A DNA stretch of 64,000 bases. Origin: Acidimicrobiia bacterium (lineage in GTDB: Bacteria > Actinomycetota > Acidimicrobiia > IMCC26256 > JBMOIJ01). Positions 9,444 through 19,083 of this stretch are shown in pieces. The stretch lies in NCBI GenBank assembly GCA_049317385.1, contig JBMOIJ010000010.1, forward strand, positions 527 to 64,526, in the 5' to 3' direction. The notes beneath the pieces are model-generated. The model was not told the origin of the DNA. It made no database searches and saw only the letters and a program-made list of their open reading frames with translations. Position numbers and translations under genes: made by a program. Position 1 is the first letter of the stretch; each line of letters starts with the position of its first letter.

Positions 9444-9490
9444 TTTCACATTGTCATCGCGCGTCCCGCGCCAGATCAGGAGTTCAGTTC

Positions 9491-12400
9491 GTGGTGCGAG
9501 CTGTGCCATACCATCTCGAAGCTTCCACCGCCCGTCGCGTCGAACGCGACGCGTGTGGCATCGGCTTCGTCACCCACACCAGCGGCGAGGCGCGCCGCGA
9601 CATCGTGGAACTCGCGCTCGACGGGTTGGGCAACATGCATCACCGCGGCGCAATCGCGGCCGATGGACTGTCGGGCGACGGCGCCGGCGTGTTGGTGGCG
9701 ATTCCTCGCGCGTTCTTCGCCCGCGTTTCGCAATCCGAGCTGGGCGCAACGGTGGACCCCGACGAGTTGGGGGTCGTCTTCGCGTTTCTGGACGCCGACG
9801 ACCCATCGGCCCGGGCGGCGGCCGAGCAGGCCGTGGTGGACGCATGCGCGGCGGAGTCCATCCGGGTGATCGGATGGCGCGACGTTCCGGTTGACCCCAT
9901 CCAGGTCGGCGAACAGGCAAACGCGATCATGCCGGCGATGCGTCAGGCAGTGATCGCTTCGCATGCCGACGCAAACGAACGGGAACGGCGCGCCTATCGA
10001 GCGCGACGGGCAGCCGAACGGACCTGCGCTGACGCAGGTGTGCGCGCGTACTTCGCCAGCTGGTCGTTCCGCACCGTCACGTACAAGGCGCTCGCCATCA
10101 GTGATCGCCTCCGTGCGTTCTTCCCTGACCTCCGGGCCGACGACTTCGCGTCGTCGCTCGCAATCTTCCACTCGCGCTTTTCGACCAACACGAGTCCGGC
10201 CTGGGAACGCGCGCAGCCGTTCCGCATGTTGGCGCACAACGGTGAGATCAACACGCTCCTCGGCAACGAGCGCCGCATGTCGGCGCGCAGCGAGTTGGGC
10301 ACCAAAGCAGTGGGACTCGGGCCGGAGTCCCAGTTTCGCCCCTTGTTCTTGGCTGACGACTCCGACTCCGGCAAGCTCGACAACGCGTTGGAACTGCTGG
10401 TGCGCGGTGGCCGTGACGTTCGCCATGCCATCGCCATGCTGGTGCCCGACGCGTGGGAGGGCCAGCGCAGCCTGAGTGGTCCGGTGCGCGACTTCTATCG
10501 CTTCCACGCGTGCTTGACCGACCCGTGGGACGGCCCGGCCGGTTTGGTGTTCACCGACGGCCGTCGGGTCGCCGCTGCACTCGACCGCAACGGGTTGCGG
10601 CCGCTGCGCTACCAGATCTGTGCCGACGGCTTGGTGGTGTGCGCGTCGGAAGTCGGAGCGGTATCCGTGGCCGGTCGCGGCGCCGTGCAGCGGGGGCGGT
10701 TGGGGCCGGGCGACATGTTGTCGGTCGACCCCGACGCGAAGGAGCCCGTGCTCGGTGATCGTGCCGTGAAGCAGTGGCTCGCCACCCAGGCGCCGTACGG
10801 CCAATGGGCGGCCGACGGGTTACGACCGTTCCCCGTGGGTGACGTCATCACCGAACCGCGCCCGAGTGACGAGCTCGTGGCCGCGCAGGTTGCGGTCGGG
10901 ATGACCAAGGAAGAGATCGCCACGGTGATCAAGCCCATGGCGGCCGACGCAAAAGAGCCCACGTTCGCGATGGGCGACGACACGCCGTACGCGGCGTTGG
11001 CGGCACGGCCTCGTCAGGTGTCGCACTACCTGAAGCAGCAGTTCGCCCAGGTGACCAACCCGCCGATCGACCACCTGCGCGAACGAGTCGTGATGAGCCT
11101 GCGCACCTGCCTGGGGCCGCGGTCACCGATCTTGGTCGAGCATCCCGATGCGGCGTGCCTGCTCGAACTGCCGAGCTTCTTCTTGTACCCGCGTGCGGTG
11201 GAGAAGTTGCTCGACCCCGAGGTACGACCTTTCGACGCCCAACGGCTCGACGCTACGTTCCCCGTCGCGAACGGGAGCGGGGGACTGCGTGCCGCGATCG
11301 AACGCCTCGCGGCCGAAGCCGAGATCGCCGTGCGCGACGGTGCCGGCATAGTCGTCATCAGCGACCAAGACGCCGATGCTGCGAATGTTCCGGTCCCCAC
11401 GTTGCTCGTCACCGGGGCAGTGCACCAACGACTCATCGCGGCGCAGCTCCGCTCGCGGGCATCCATCGTGGTGGAAGGCGCCGACGCGCGTGACACCCAC
11501 TCGATCGCCGCGTTGATCGGCTTCGGCGCTGATGCCGTGTGCCCGTGGCTCGCGCTCGAGACGGTTGCCGCGCTCGCCGACGAGGAACAACTCGGCGAGC
11601 TGCAGTCACCCGAAGCGCAGGCCAAGTTGCAGGCGGCGCTCGAAGATGGAGTGCTCAAGATCCTCTCGAAGATGGGGATCTCCACCGTCGATGGCTATCG
11701 CTCGGCGCAGATCTTCGAAGTCCTGGGGCTCGGGGCCGACGTGGTGGATCTCTGTTTCACGGGCTGTAACGCGCCGGTTGGTGGCGTGAGCTTCGAACAA
11801 CTCGCCGACGAGATCCTCGGTTGGCACGAAGAAGCATTCGAGGACGACGTTGCGCTCGCCGAACCCGGGTACGTGCGCCACCGCAAGCGGGGCGGCGAGT
11901 ACCACGACAACAACCCAACCGTCATCGACAAGTTGCATGCCTTCACCATGCCCGACGAGGAAGTTGTTCCGGTGGGCGATGCGGCCGAGTTGCGCGCCGC
12001 ACACTTGTTGAACTTGGCGATCGAAGCCGGTCAGCGCGAGCTCTACGACGCGTTCGCCGATGAAGTGCGCGCGCGTCCGGTCACCACGCTCGGTGATCTG
12101 CTCGAGTGGGTTCCGGCTGGTGAACCCATTCCGCTCGACCAAGTGGAACCGGCGAGTGCGATCACCAAGCGCTTCTCCACCGGTGCAATGAGTCACGGAG
12201 CACTCTCGAAAGAAGCTCACGAGACCTTGGCTGCCGCCATGAACCTCATTGGTGGCGCGAGCAACTGTGGAGAGGGTGGCGAGGACCCGCACCGCTACCG
12301 CACGCGCGGCGACGCTCGTGACCTGAATTCGCGCATCAAGCAGATCGCAAGTGGTCGCTTCGGTGTGACGCCCGAGTACTTGGCGTTTGCCGATGAACTC

Positions 12401-14041
12401 AACATCAAGATGGCCCAGGGGTCCAAGCCCGGTGAGGGCGGGCAGCTGCCCGGCCACAAGGTCAGCGCCGAGATCGCTCGCCTGCGGCACACGCAGCCGG
12501 GTGTGGGACTCATCTCGCCACCGCCGCATCACGACATCTATTCGATCGAGGACCTGGCGCAGCTGATCTTCGACCTGAAGCAGGTCAACCAGTTCGCCGC
12601 AGTGTCGGTGAAGCTCGTGGCGGAGCTCGGTGTCGGTCAGATCTCGACGGGAGTCGTGAAGGCGCTCGCCGACGTGGTGCAGATCAGTGGGGCCAACGGG
12701 GGCACGGGCGCGTCGCCGCTCTCGTCCATCAAGCACGCCGGGATGCCGTGGGAATACGGCCTGGCCGACGCGCAACGGGCGCTCGTCGACGAGGGGCTGC
12801 GGAGCCGGGTGAGGGTGCGCGTCGACGGCGGGTTCAAGACCGGTCGCGACATCGTGCTCGCCGCGCTCTTGGGGGCCGATGAGTACAGCTTCGGCACTGC
12901 GGTGATGCTCGCCGAAGGCTGCATCATGTTGCGCGCCTGTCACCGGGACACCTGTTCCACGGGCGTGGCCACGCAGCGGCCGAATTTGCGGGCCAAGTTC
13001 CGGGGCACACCCGAGGGTGTGGCGCGCTACCTGTTGTTCGTGGCCGAAGAGACCCGTGAAATCCTGGCGTCACTCGGACTGCGCAGCGTCGATGACGCAA
13101 TCGGCCGGGTCGAGCTCCTGCGCCAACGCGTCACTGGTGATGCTCGGGCGGACGCGTTCGACGTCACGCACTTGCTTGCGCCCCCGTCGGACGCTGACGC
13201 GCCGCGCCGCTTCGTAGCTCACGTTCCCATTCAGCGACCGCGTAGCGCGCTCGACGAGCAACTGCTGCTCGACGGGTACTGGCCGCTCTATGAAGGCGAC
13301 GACTCCGAATTCGAGTACACGATCACCAACGCCGACCGCACCGTTGGCGCGTCACTCGGTGGAGCAGTTGGCCTCGAGTTCGGCGGTCGGTTGCCGCCTG
13401 GGTCGGTACACGCGCGGTTCGCGGGCGTGGCCGGTCAGAGCTTCGGCGCGTTCTTGTCGAACGGTGTCACCCTCGAACTCCATGGCGAAGCGAACGACTA
13501 TGTGGGCAAGGGCATGGGTGGGGGCTGCATCATCATCCGGCCACCTGATGACGACGCCGGCGACCCGGTGCTCATGGGCAACACCGTGCTCTATGGCGCA
13601 ACCGGCGGCGAGGTCTTCGTTGCGGGTGCGGCGGGCGAACGTTTCTGTGTGCGCAACAGTGGTGCCACGGTGGTGGTCGAAGGGACTGGTGACCACGCGT
13701 GTGAGTACATGACCGGTGGTACCGCGGTGATCCTTGGCGAAGTGGGGGCGAACCTGGGGGCGGGCATGACCGGCGGGCAGGCGTACGTGTACGACCCACA
13801 TGGCCAGTTGGTCGAGCGGATGAACCGTCAGTTGGTTGATGCCATCTCGCTCGACGACGAACACGCGGTGGAGTTGCGCTATCTGGTCGAACGGCACGTG
13901 CACCTCACCGGTTCCGAACGGGCTCGCGTCCTGCTGGACCTGTGGGAGTCCGAGCTCGCTCACTTCTGGCGGGTGGTCCCGATCAGCGAGGTACAGCGCA
14001 TCGAACGGGCGAACGAAGGCGTCCTCACCTCCGCCCGCTGA
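9491..14041 (+). CDS. gltB: Glutamate synthase large subunit
   Basis: ERDACGIGF (N-terminal Cys), HSRFSTNT, HNGEINT, IKMAQGSKPGEGGQLPG, CIMLRACHRDTC and GXGXG repeats. GTG start after GGAG. Confidence 0.97.
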   Translation: MVRAVPYHLEASTARRVERDACGIGFVTHTSGEARRDIVELALDGLGNMHHRGAIAADGLSGDGAGVLVAIPRAFFARVSQSELGATVDPDELGVVFAFLDADDPSARAAAEQAVVDACAAESIRVIGWRDVPVDPIQVGEQANAIMPAMRQAVIASHADANERERRAYRARRAAERTCADAGVRAYFASWSFRTVTYKALAISDRLRAFFPDLRADDFASSLAIFHSRFSTNTSPAWERAQPFRMLAHNGEINTLLGNERRMSARSELGTKAVGLGPESQFRPLFLADDSDSGKLDNALELLVRGGRDVRHAIAMLVPDAWEGQRSLSGPVRDFYRFHACLTDPWDGPAGLVFTDGRRVAAALDRNGLRPLRYQICADGLVVCASEVGAVSVAGRGAVQRGRLGPGDMLSVDPDAKEPVLGDRAVKQWLATQAPYGQWAADGLRPFPVGDVITEPRPSDELVAAQVAVGMTKEEIATVIKPMAADAKEPTFAMGDDTPYAALAARPRQVSHYLKQQFAQVTNPPIDHLRERVVMSLRTCLGPRSPILVEHPDAACLLELPSFFLYPRAVEKLLDPEVRPFDAQRLDATFPVANGSGGLRAAIERLAAEAEIAVRDGAGIVVISDQDADAANVPVPTLLVTGAVHQRLIAAQLRSRASIVVEGADARDTHSIAALIGFGADAVCPWLALETVAALADEEQLGELQSPEAQAKLQAALEDGVLKILSKMGISTVDGYRSAQIFEVLGLGADVVDLCFTGCNAPVGGVSFEQLADEILGWHEEAFEDDVALAEPGYVRHRKRGGEYHDNNPTVIDKLHAFTMPDEEVVPVGDAAELRAAHLLNLAIEAGQRELYDAFADEVRARPVTTLGDLLEWVPAGEPIPLDQVEPASAITKRFSTGAMSHGALSKEAHETLAAAMNLIGGASNCGEGGEDPHRYRTRGDARDLNSRIKQIASGRFGVTPEYLAFADELNIKMAQGSKPGEGGQLPGHKVSAEIARLRHTQPGVGLISPPPHHDIYSIEDLAQLIFDLKQVNQFAAVSVKLVAELGVGQISTGVVKALADVVQISGANGGTGASPLSSIKHAGMPWEYGLADAQRALVDEGLRSRVRVRVDGGFKTGRDIVLAALLGADEYSFGTAVMLAEGCIMLRACHRDTCSTGVATQRPNLRAKFRGTPEGVARYLLFVAEETREILASLGLRSVDDAIGRVELLRQRVTGDARADAFDVTHLLAPPSDADAPRRFVAHVPIQRPRSALDEQLLLDGYWPLYEGDDSEFEYTITNADRTVGASLGGAVGLEFGGRLPPGSVHARFAGVAGQSFGAFLSNGVTLELHGEANDYVGKGMGGGCIIIRPPDDDAGDPVLMGNTVLYGATGGEVFVAGAAGERFCVRNSGATVVVEGTGDHACEYMTGGTAVILGEVGANLGAGMTGGQAYVYDPHGQLVERMNRQLVDAISLDDEHAVELRYLVERHVHLTGSERARVLLDLWESELAHFWRVVPISEVQRIERANEGVLTSAR

Positions 14042-14046
14042 CGGAA

Positions 14047-14087
14047 GCGTTTTTGACTGTCACATAGCTAGCTCAGAAACGCCTCGG
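14047..14087. repeat. REP-like palindrome, family B (possible bidirectional terminator)
   Basis: GCGTTTTTGA...TCAGAAACGC-CTCGG between convergent genes. A same-length relative lies at 28517-28557. Confidence 0.65.
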
Positions 14088-14090
14088 GGG

Positions 14091-14576
14091 TTACTCGTCG
14101 TCGGGCTTGGGTTCCGGTTCGATGAGCAGGTCGTCGCGGACGCGTTGTACCACCCGCTCGAGGTCTTCGATGGTGACCACGTCGGCCAGGGCCAGGCGGA
14201 TGGCGGCGAGTTCGCGTGCCAGGTATTCGGTGTCGGCCTGATTGCGCGCGGCCAGTTGGCGGTCGCGCTCGGACTGCACGCGGTCGCGCTCCTCTTGGCG
14301 GTTCTGGGCGAGCAAGATGAGCGGCGCGGCGTACGCCGCCTGGGTGGAGAACGCCAGGTTCAACAAGATGAACGGGTAGGGGTCCCAGCGCAGCGCGACC
14401 ACGGCAACGTTGAGCGTGATCCAGACGATGACCACCACGGTTTGGATGGCGAGGTAACGCCCCGTGCCCAAGAAGCGCGCCACGTTCTCGGCCAGCTGAC
14501 CCATCGCGCTCGAGTCGTAGGACAGTCCGACCGACAGGCCGCGCCGCGGCTGGGAGAGTTCGTCGCGGCGGGTCAC
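14091..14576 (-). CDS. DUF1003 family membrane protein
   Basis: WDPYPFILLNLAFSTQAAYAAPLILLAQNRQ signature. GTGA overlap with the upstream gene. Confidence 0.92.
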   Translation of the reverse strand: MTRRDELSQPRRGLSVGLSYDSSAMGQLAENVARFLGTGRYLAIQTVVVIVWITLNVAVVALRWDPYPFILLNLAFSTQAAYAAPLILLAQNRQEERDRVQSERDRQLAARNQADTEYLARELAAIRLALADVVTIEDLERVVQRVRDDLLIEPEPKPDDE

Positions 14577-15811
14577 GGCGCAGCACTCCGCGTCGGTGCG
14601 GTGCGCGTGCGTCGCCACCCTTCGGGGAGGACGGCGTCGAGGACGTCGTCGACGGTGACGGCACCGAGCAGGCGCCCGGTTTCGTCGCACACGGGAATGG
14701 CCAGCAGGTCGTAGGCCGCGAAGAGCTCGGCGAGCCGCGACTCAGCGAGATCGGGTCGCACCGGTTCCACCGACGGGTCGACACAACGGTCGAGCGTCAC
14801 GCCGGGTTGCTCGCGTAGCAGCCGCTGGAATCCGATGACGCCGATGTAGCTCCCGGTGGGCGTGGTGATGGGCGGGCGGGCCACGAACACCTGCGCCGCC
14901 AGCGTGCTGGTGGTGTCCGGGTCGCGTAGGCGCGCCAGTGCGGTGGCCACGGTGGCGTTCGGCGGCAACACGATGGGCTCGGGGGTCATGAGCGCGCCTG
15001 CGGTCTGGTCGGGGTAGAGCAGGAGGCGCCGCATCGACTCGGCGTCGTCGGGCTCCATCTCTTCAAGGAGGCGCATGCGCATCTGTGCCGGCATCTCGGC
15101 GAGGAGGTCGGCGGCGTCGTCGGGCTCCATCTCTTCGACGATGTCGGCGACGCGTTCCATGTCGAGTCCCTCGACGAGTCGTAGCTGCTCGTCTTCGGGG
15201 AGTTCCTCGAGGAGGTCGGCCAAGCGTTCGTCGTCCATCGCTTCGGCCAGCCGCCGGCGCCGTTCGTGTGGCATTCGCCGCAACGCAGCCGCCACGTCGG
15301 CGGGGTGCAATTCAGCGAGTGATGCCACCTCGCGGCTCATCTCTCCGAGGTCGAAGAGCTCGGCCGCGTCGTCCCAGTCGACGGTGCGCGACCGCGATCG
15401 GCGCCGTAACGCGCCGCCCGGTCGGAGTGAGACCTTGGCGACTTCCCAACCCCACGCCTTGCCCCAGGCGGGCCGCAACGCGATGTCGTTGATGTACTCG
15501 CGCCCGTGCTTGCGGTCGAGGAGGTCGCCGACCACGAGCAGCTCGTAGGGCCGCTGCGCGAAGTGGCGCAGGTCGAGTGTGCCGGTGCGCAGGGTGATGC
15601 CGCTCGCATCGATGGCGCCGACCCGGCCGCCGTTGACGAAGATGGGGCGGCGTTGGACTTCGGCGATGAACCCGGTGACGCGGGGCGCACCTTCGATGGC
15701 CGCGCTCACCACCACATCGGTGCAGCGCCCGATGACTTCGTCGTCGACGGCGCGCAGCGGCAACCGGGTGAGTCGGGAGACCCAGATGAGTGGCTGCGGC
15801 GGCTGATTCAC
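14573..15811 (-). CDS. MgtE intracellular N-domain / CBS-domain protein (no transmembrane part)
   Basis: LHPADVA, MEPDDAADLL, TAGALMTPEP and GRLLGAVTVDDVLD. Typical actinobacterial pairing with DUF1003. Confidence 0.88.
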   Translation of the reverse strand: MNQPPQPLIWVSRLTRLPLRAVDDEVIGRCTDVVVSAAIEGAPRVTGFIAEVQRRPIFVNGGRVGAIDASGITLRTGTLDLRHFAQRPYELLVVGDLLDRKHGREYINDIALRPAWGKAWGWEVAKVSLRPGGALRRRSRSRTVDWDDAAELFDLGEMSREVASLAELHPADVAAALRRMPHERRRRLAEAMDDERLADLLEELPEDEQLRLVEGLDMERVADIVEEMEPDDAADLLAEMPAQMRMRLLEEMEPDDAESMRRLLLYPDQTAGALMTPEPIVLPPNATVATALARLRDPDTTSTLAAQVFVARPPITTPTGSYIGVIGFQRLLREQPGVTLDRCVDPSVEPVRPDLAESRLAELFAAYDLLAIPVCDETGRLLGAVTVDDVLDAVLPEGWRRTRTAPTRSAAP

Positions 15812-15846
15812 GCAGTAACCGTACTCAGGACGAGATGCCCGTTGGG

Positions 15847-16398
15847 TCAGGTTGCGGGCTCATAGGCATCCTGGGGGCGAAATCCGAACAGGACGGCCGC
15901 CGGCCGATTGCGCAGCGTGTCGAGAGTGTTCTTGTAGGACCGCACCGCCCGGTTGTACGGGTCGATGAGGCGAGTGCTCGGGACCGTCGGGGGGAGCGCC
16001 TCGGCGGCCTTCACCAGATCGGCGTTGGCCGAGAGCTTCGGCACCGACTTGGTGCTCGCGCTCAGGCGCCCCGTGAGGCCCTCGATGCGGTTGGCAAGGC
16101 GCACCTCGGCCTGCGGATCACGGGCGGTTCGCCCGCGGGCGCCGGTCTCGCGCCACTGGATGAGCGCCCCGTCGAGCTCCCGGACCACCTCCCGGTCGCC
16201 ACCCACTTCTTTGGCCAACGCGTTCACTTCGCCGACGGCGAGGTACCGCGTGGTGAGCGGGGCGCGCAGGGTGGCCCAACGGTCCTCGACCTTGGCCTGC
16301 CCGTCGGAGAGGCTGCTGCGCCCCATGAACACGATGACTGCGAATGCAACTGCGATGACGCCGAAGACGATGAGGAGGATGAGGCCGGCTTTGCGCAT
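15847..16398 (-). CDS. LemA family protein
   Basis: N-terminal transmembrane helix, helical body and YNRAVRSY...PAAVLFGF C-terminus. Confidence 0.75.
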   Translation of the reverse strand: MRKAGLILLIVFGVIAVAFAVIVFMGRSSLSDGQAKVEDRWATLRAPLTTRYLAVGEVNALAKEVGGDREVVRELDGALIQWRETGARGRTARDPQAEVRLANRIEGLTGRLSASTKSVPKLSANADLVKAAEALPPTVPSTRLIDPYNRAVRSYKNTLDTLRNRPAAVLFGFRPQDAYEPAT

Positions 16399-16476
16399 TG
16401 GTCGGTGAGGCTAGGGGACCGCACGGTGCAGATCGGGGTCTGTCGTGGTCCTCGTCCGCTTGGCGCTTGGTGCAGT

Positions 16477-16965
16477 GTGCGGCGAGTTGCGATTGGTATC
16501 GCGGTGGTCCTGGTGAGCGCAGTGGTTGCGCACGCGCTCCTGCGCGGGAACGCACACCCGCGCGCTGTGGTGGAACGCGCGGTCGACGGCGACACGCTCG
16601 AGGTGCGTGTCGGCACCCGTGTCGAGACCATCCGGGTCCTGGGCGTGAACACGCCCGAGACCCATCACCCCACCAAGCCGGTGGAGTGTTTTGGACCCGA
16701 GGCGGCGGCATTCACGGCGGCGCGGCTCACTGGGGCCACGGTCGAACTCGAAGACGACGTGGAAGCACACGACAAGTACGGCCGTCGGCTGGCGTACGTG
16801 TGGGTGGATGGACATCTCTTCGAAGATGAACTGCTCCGCGCCGGATACGCGCGGCTGCTGGTGATCGCGCCCAACACTGAGCACGCACGCACGTTTCTGC
16901 GGGCGGAGCTCGACGCGCGTCGACGCGGGGCAGGGTTGTGGCGCGCGTGTGAAGGGCGCAACTAG
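16477..16965 (+). CDS. Thermonuclease (SNase-like) with N-terminal signal/anchor
   Basis: VDGDTL, IRVLGVNTPE, DKYGRRLAYV and ARRRGAGLW. Confidence 0.9.
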   Translation: MRRVAIGIAVVLVSAVVAHALLRGNAHPRAVVERAVDGDTLEVRVGTRVETIRVLGVNTPETHHPTKPVECFGPEAAAFTAARLTGATVELEDDVEAHDKYGRRLAYVWVDGHLFEDELLRAGYARLLVIAPNTEHARTFLRAELDARRRGAGLWRACEGRN

Positions 16966-18989
16966 GCGCAGGTGCCGGCGAGGACCTCGAGGACTTCGGC
17001 GCCGTAGCGGTCGACGAACGCGGACGAGCAGCCCGCCGTGACGAGGTCGCCGGTGGCCTCGGGTGCCGAGCCGGCGATGGCCGCGATGAGCGTGTCGCTG
17101 AGGATGGCCGACTCGACGATGCCGAGGGCGCGCGCGTTGCGGGCCCGCCATTCGGCCAATGCTCGCCGACGGTGCGCGACTTCGTGGGTGGCGGCTGCGT
17201 TGAGCGGTGCGGCGATGGCGTCGGTGGCGACTGGTTGGTCGAGCGCGGCGCGGAGCGCGTCGACTCGCTCGAGCGGCACGACTGCGACGGGCGGTACGTG
17301 GTCGGCGACAGCATCGACGATGGCTTCGATCCACGGCGAAGGGTCACGCTCGGCCGCGCGTTCTCCGAAACTGCGGGTTTGCGCCCACGAGACGTGGAGT
17401 TCCCGACGGGCGCGGCTGAGCGCAACGTAGGCCAGGCGCCGTTCCTCGGTGAGTGCCGCCGCTGACGTGGCGTACGAGATGGGCACCAGTCCGTCTTCGA
17501 ACCCGATGACGTACACGACGTCCCACTCGAGTCCCTTGGCCCGGTGGAAGGTGATCACGTCGACGGCGTCGCGCTGCATTGGTTCCGGATCGCGGCGCAG
17601 CGATGCGGCGAGGGAACTGCGGAACCCGGCCGCACTGGCGGCAGGCCCGTCGGCCAACACGTACTCATGAGCGAGTTCGATGAGCGCGTCGAGCTCGCCA
17701 CGTTCGTGGGGCGCGGCGTTGGCTGCCGCATCTTCCAGATCGCGGATGTGCCCACTGAATGGCCGGTTGGGCGTGGCGCGCACGATCTCGTCGAGCGCGT
17801 CGAGGTTTGCCTTCACCGCGGGGCGGTGCAAGAACGCAGCTGCGACCCGGACGCGGTTGGGGACGGCGGCGTCTTCGAGCGCGCGCCCCATGAGCTCGGC
17901 CTGCGCGTTCGTGCGCGCCAGCACGGCGATCGATGACCAGGACGTGCCGTGACGCGCCAGCTGACGGATGGACGTAGCGATGCCCGCACACTCGGAGGCA
18001 TCGTCGGGGTACTCGGTGAACGTTGGGAGCGGCGCATGGGAGGTTGCATGTTCGGGGCGTTGCGGTTCGACGCGATCGGCGGGAGCCAGCACGGCCCGGG
18101 CGGCGGCAATGACCGGCGCCGTGGAGCGGTAGTTGGTGCGCAGCTCGATGACTTCGGCGCCCGGGAACGACCGGGTGAACTCGGTGAGGAGCTCGGGGTC
18201 GGCACCGGCGAAGGAGTAGATGGCTTGGTCGGGATCGCCGACCGCGAAGAGGTCGGCCCGGTCGCCGAGCCACGCCTTCACCAACCGCACCTGGGCCGGA
18301 CTCGCGTCCTGGAACTCGTCGACATGGAGATGGCGGAACCGCCACCGCTGCGCAGCGGCAAAGTCACGGTCGCGTTCGATGAGGTCAGCACACCCAATGA
18401 TGAGATCGTCGAAGTCGACGAGGCGCTTGCGACGACGTTCCTGTTCGTACTGGCGATACAGCGTGGCGACGCGCTCGAGGGGCAGTCCTGGCCGGCGGTG
18501 CGCAGCGATTGCCGCGTGTTCGTAGCGCTCGACGGGCACGCCGCGCGACTTGGCCCACTCGATCTCGCCGGCAACGGCCCCCGCGAGCTTCAGCGAGTTG
18601 CCGCCAACCGGCGCGGCTTCCAGCATGGGGATGAGCAACCGGGCTTTGCGTTCGAGGATGCGCGGCGGGGGACGGTTGTGGTCGACGGCGTACCGCCGCA
18701 GTTGCGCGAGCGCAATGGCGTGAAACGTGCCGGCCGTGAGCTGATCGTTGACGCCGAGGGCGCGCAACCGGGTGCGGAGTTCGCCGGCGGCTTTGCGCGT
18801 GAACGTGACGGCCAGAACGTGCTCGGCGTCGGCGCGTTCAGTGCGGATGCGCCACGCGATGCGGCGGGTGAGGACGCGGGTCTTGCCCGAGCCGGCGTTC
18901 GCGAGCACGGCCAGTGGCGCAGCGTCGGAGGTGACGGCCGCGAGTTGGTCGGCATCGAGGCCGGCAAGGAGCGGGGCGAGCTCGCGCAT
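16962..18989 (-). CDS. uvrD2: ATP-dependent DNA helicase UvrD2-like with C-terminal HRDC domain
   Basis: AGSGKTRVLT, VDEFQD, VGDPDQAIYSF, NYRST, TFHRAKGLEW, EERRLAYVALSRAR and an HRDC-like tail. Confidence 0.9.
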   Translation of the reverse strand: MRELAPLLAGLDADQLAAVTSDAAPLAVLANAGSGKTRVLTRRIAWRIRTERADAEHVLAVTFTRKAAGELRTRLRALGVNDQLTAGTFHAIALAQLRRYAVDHNRPPPRILERKARLLIPMLEAAPVGGNSLKLAGAVAGEIEWAKSRGVPVERYEHAAIAAHRRPGLPLERVATLYRQYEQERRRKRLVDFDDLIIGCADLIERDRDFAAAQRWRFRHLHVDEFQDASPAQVRLVKAWLGDRADLFAVGDPDQAIYSFAGADPELLTEFTRSFPGAEVIELRTNYRSTAPVIAAARAVLAPADRVEPQRPEHATSHAPLPTFTEYPDDASECAGIATSIRQLARHGTSWSSIAVLARTNAQAELMGRALEDAAVPNRVRVAAAFLHRPAVKANLDALDEIVRATPNRPFSGHIRDLEDAAANAAPHERGELDALIELAHEYVLADGPAASAAGFRSSLAASLRRDPEPMQRDAVDVITFHRAKGLEWDVVYVIGFEDGLVPISYATSAAALTEERRLAYVALSRARRELHVSWAQTRSFGERAAERDPSPWIEAIVDAVADHVPPVAVVPLERVDALRAALDQPVATDAIAAPLNAAATHEVAHRRRALAEWRARNARALGIVESAILSDTLIAAIAGSAPEATGDLVTAGCSSAFVDRYGAEVLEVLAGTCA

Positions 18990-18995
18990 GGCCGA

Positions 18996-19017
18996 ACGGT
19001 AGCGAGCCGGTGTGACA
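18996..19017 (-). promoter_or_regulatory. PafBC/RecA-independent-type leaderless promoter of uvrD2
   Basis: Minus strand reads TGTCAC-ACCGGCTCGC-TACCGT, then 6 nt, then the ATG. Confidence 0.7.
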
Positions 19018-19083
19018 GCCGTCCTGGCCGGCCGTGCTTGCCCGGACGGCCAGGGAAGTGGCCCCCCGAACCAGGCCCGAGAC

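Noticed and set aside
9176-9490. N-terminal extensions in the ORF track for gltB, uvrD2 (to 19388), pckG (to 30625), purK, galK and dprA
   Set aside because: The extensions are low-complexity Arg/Pro/Ala sequence overlapping promoters or neighbouring genes. Better starts have an RBS or a leaderless -10.
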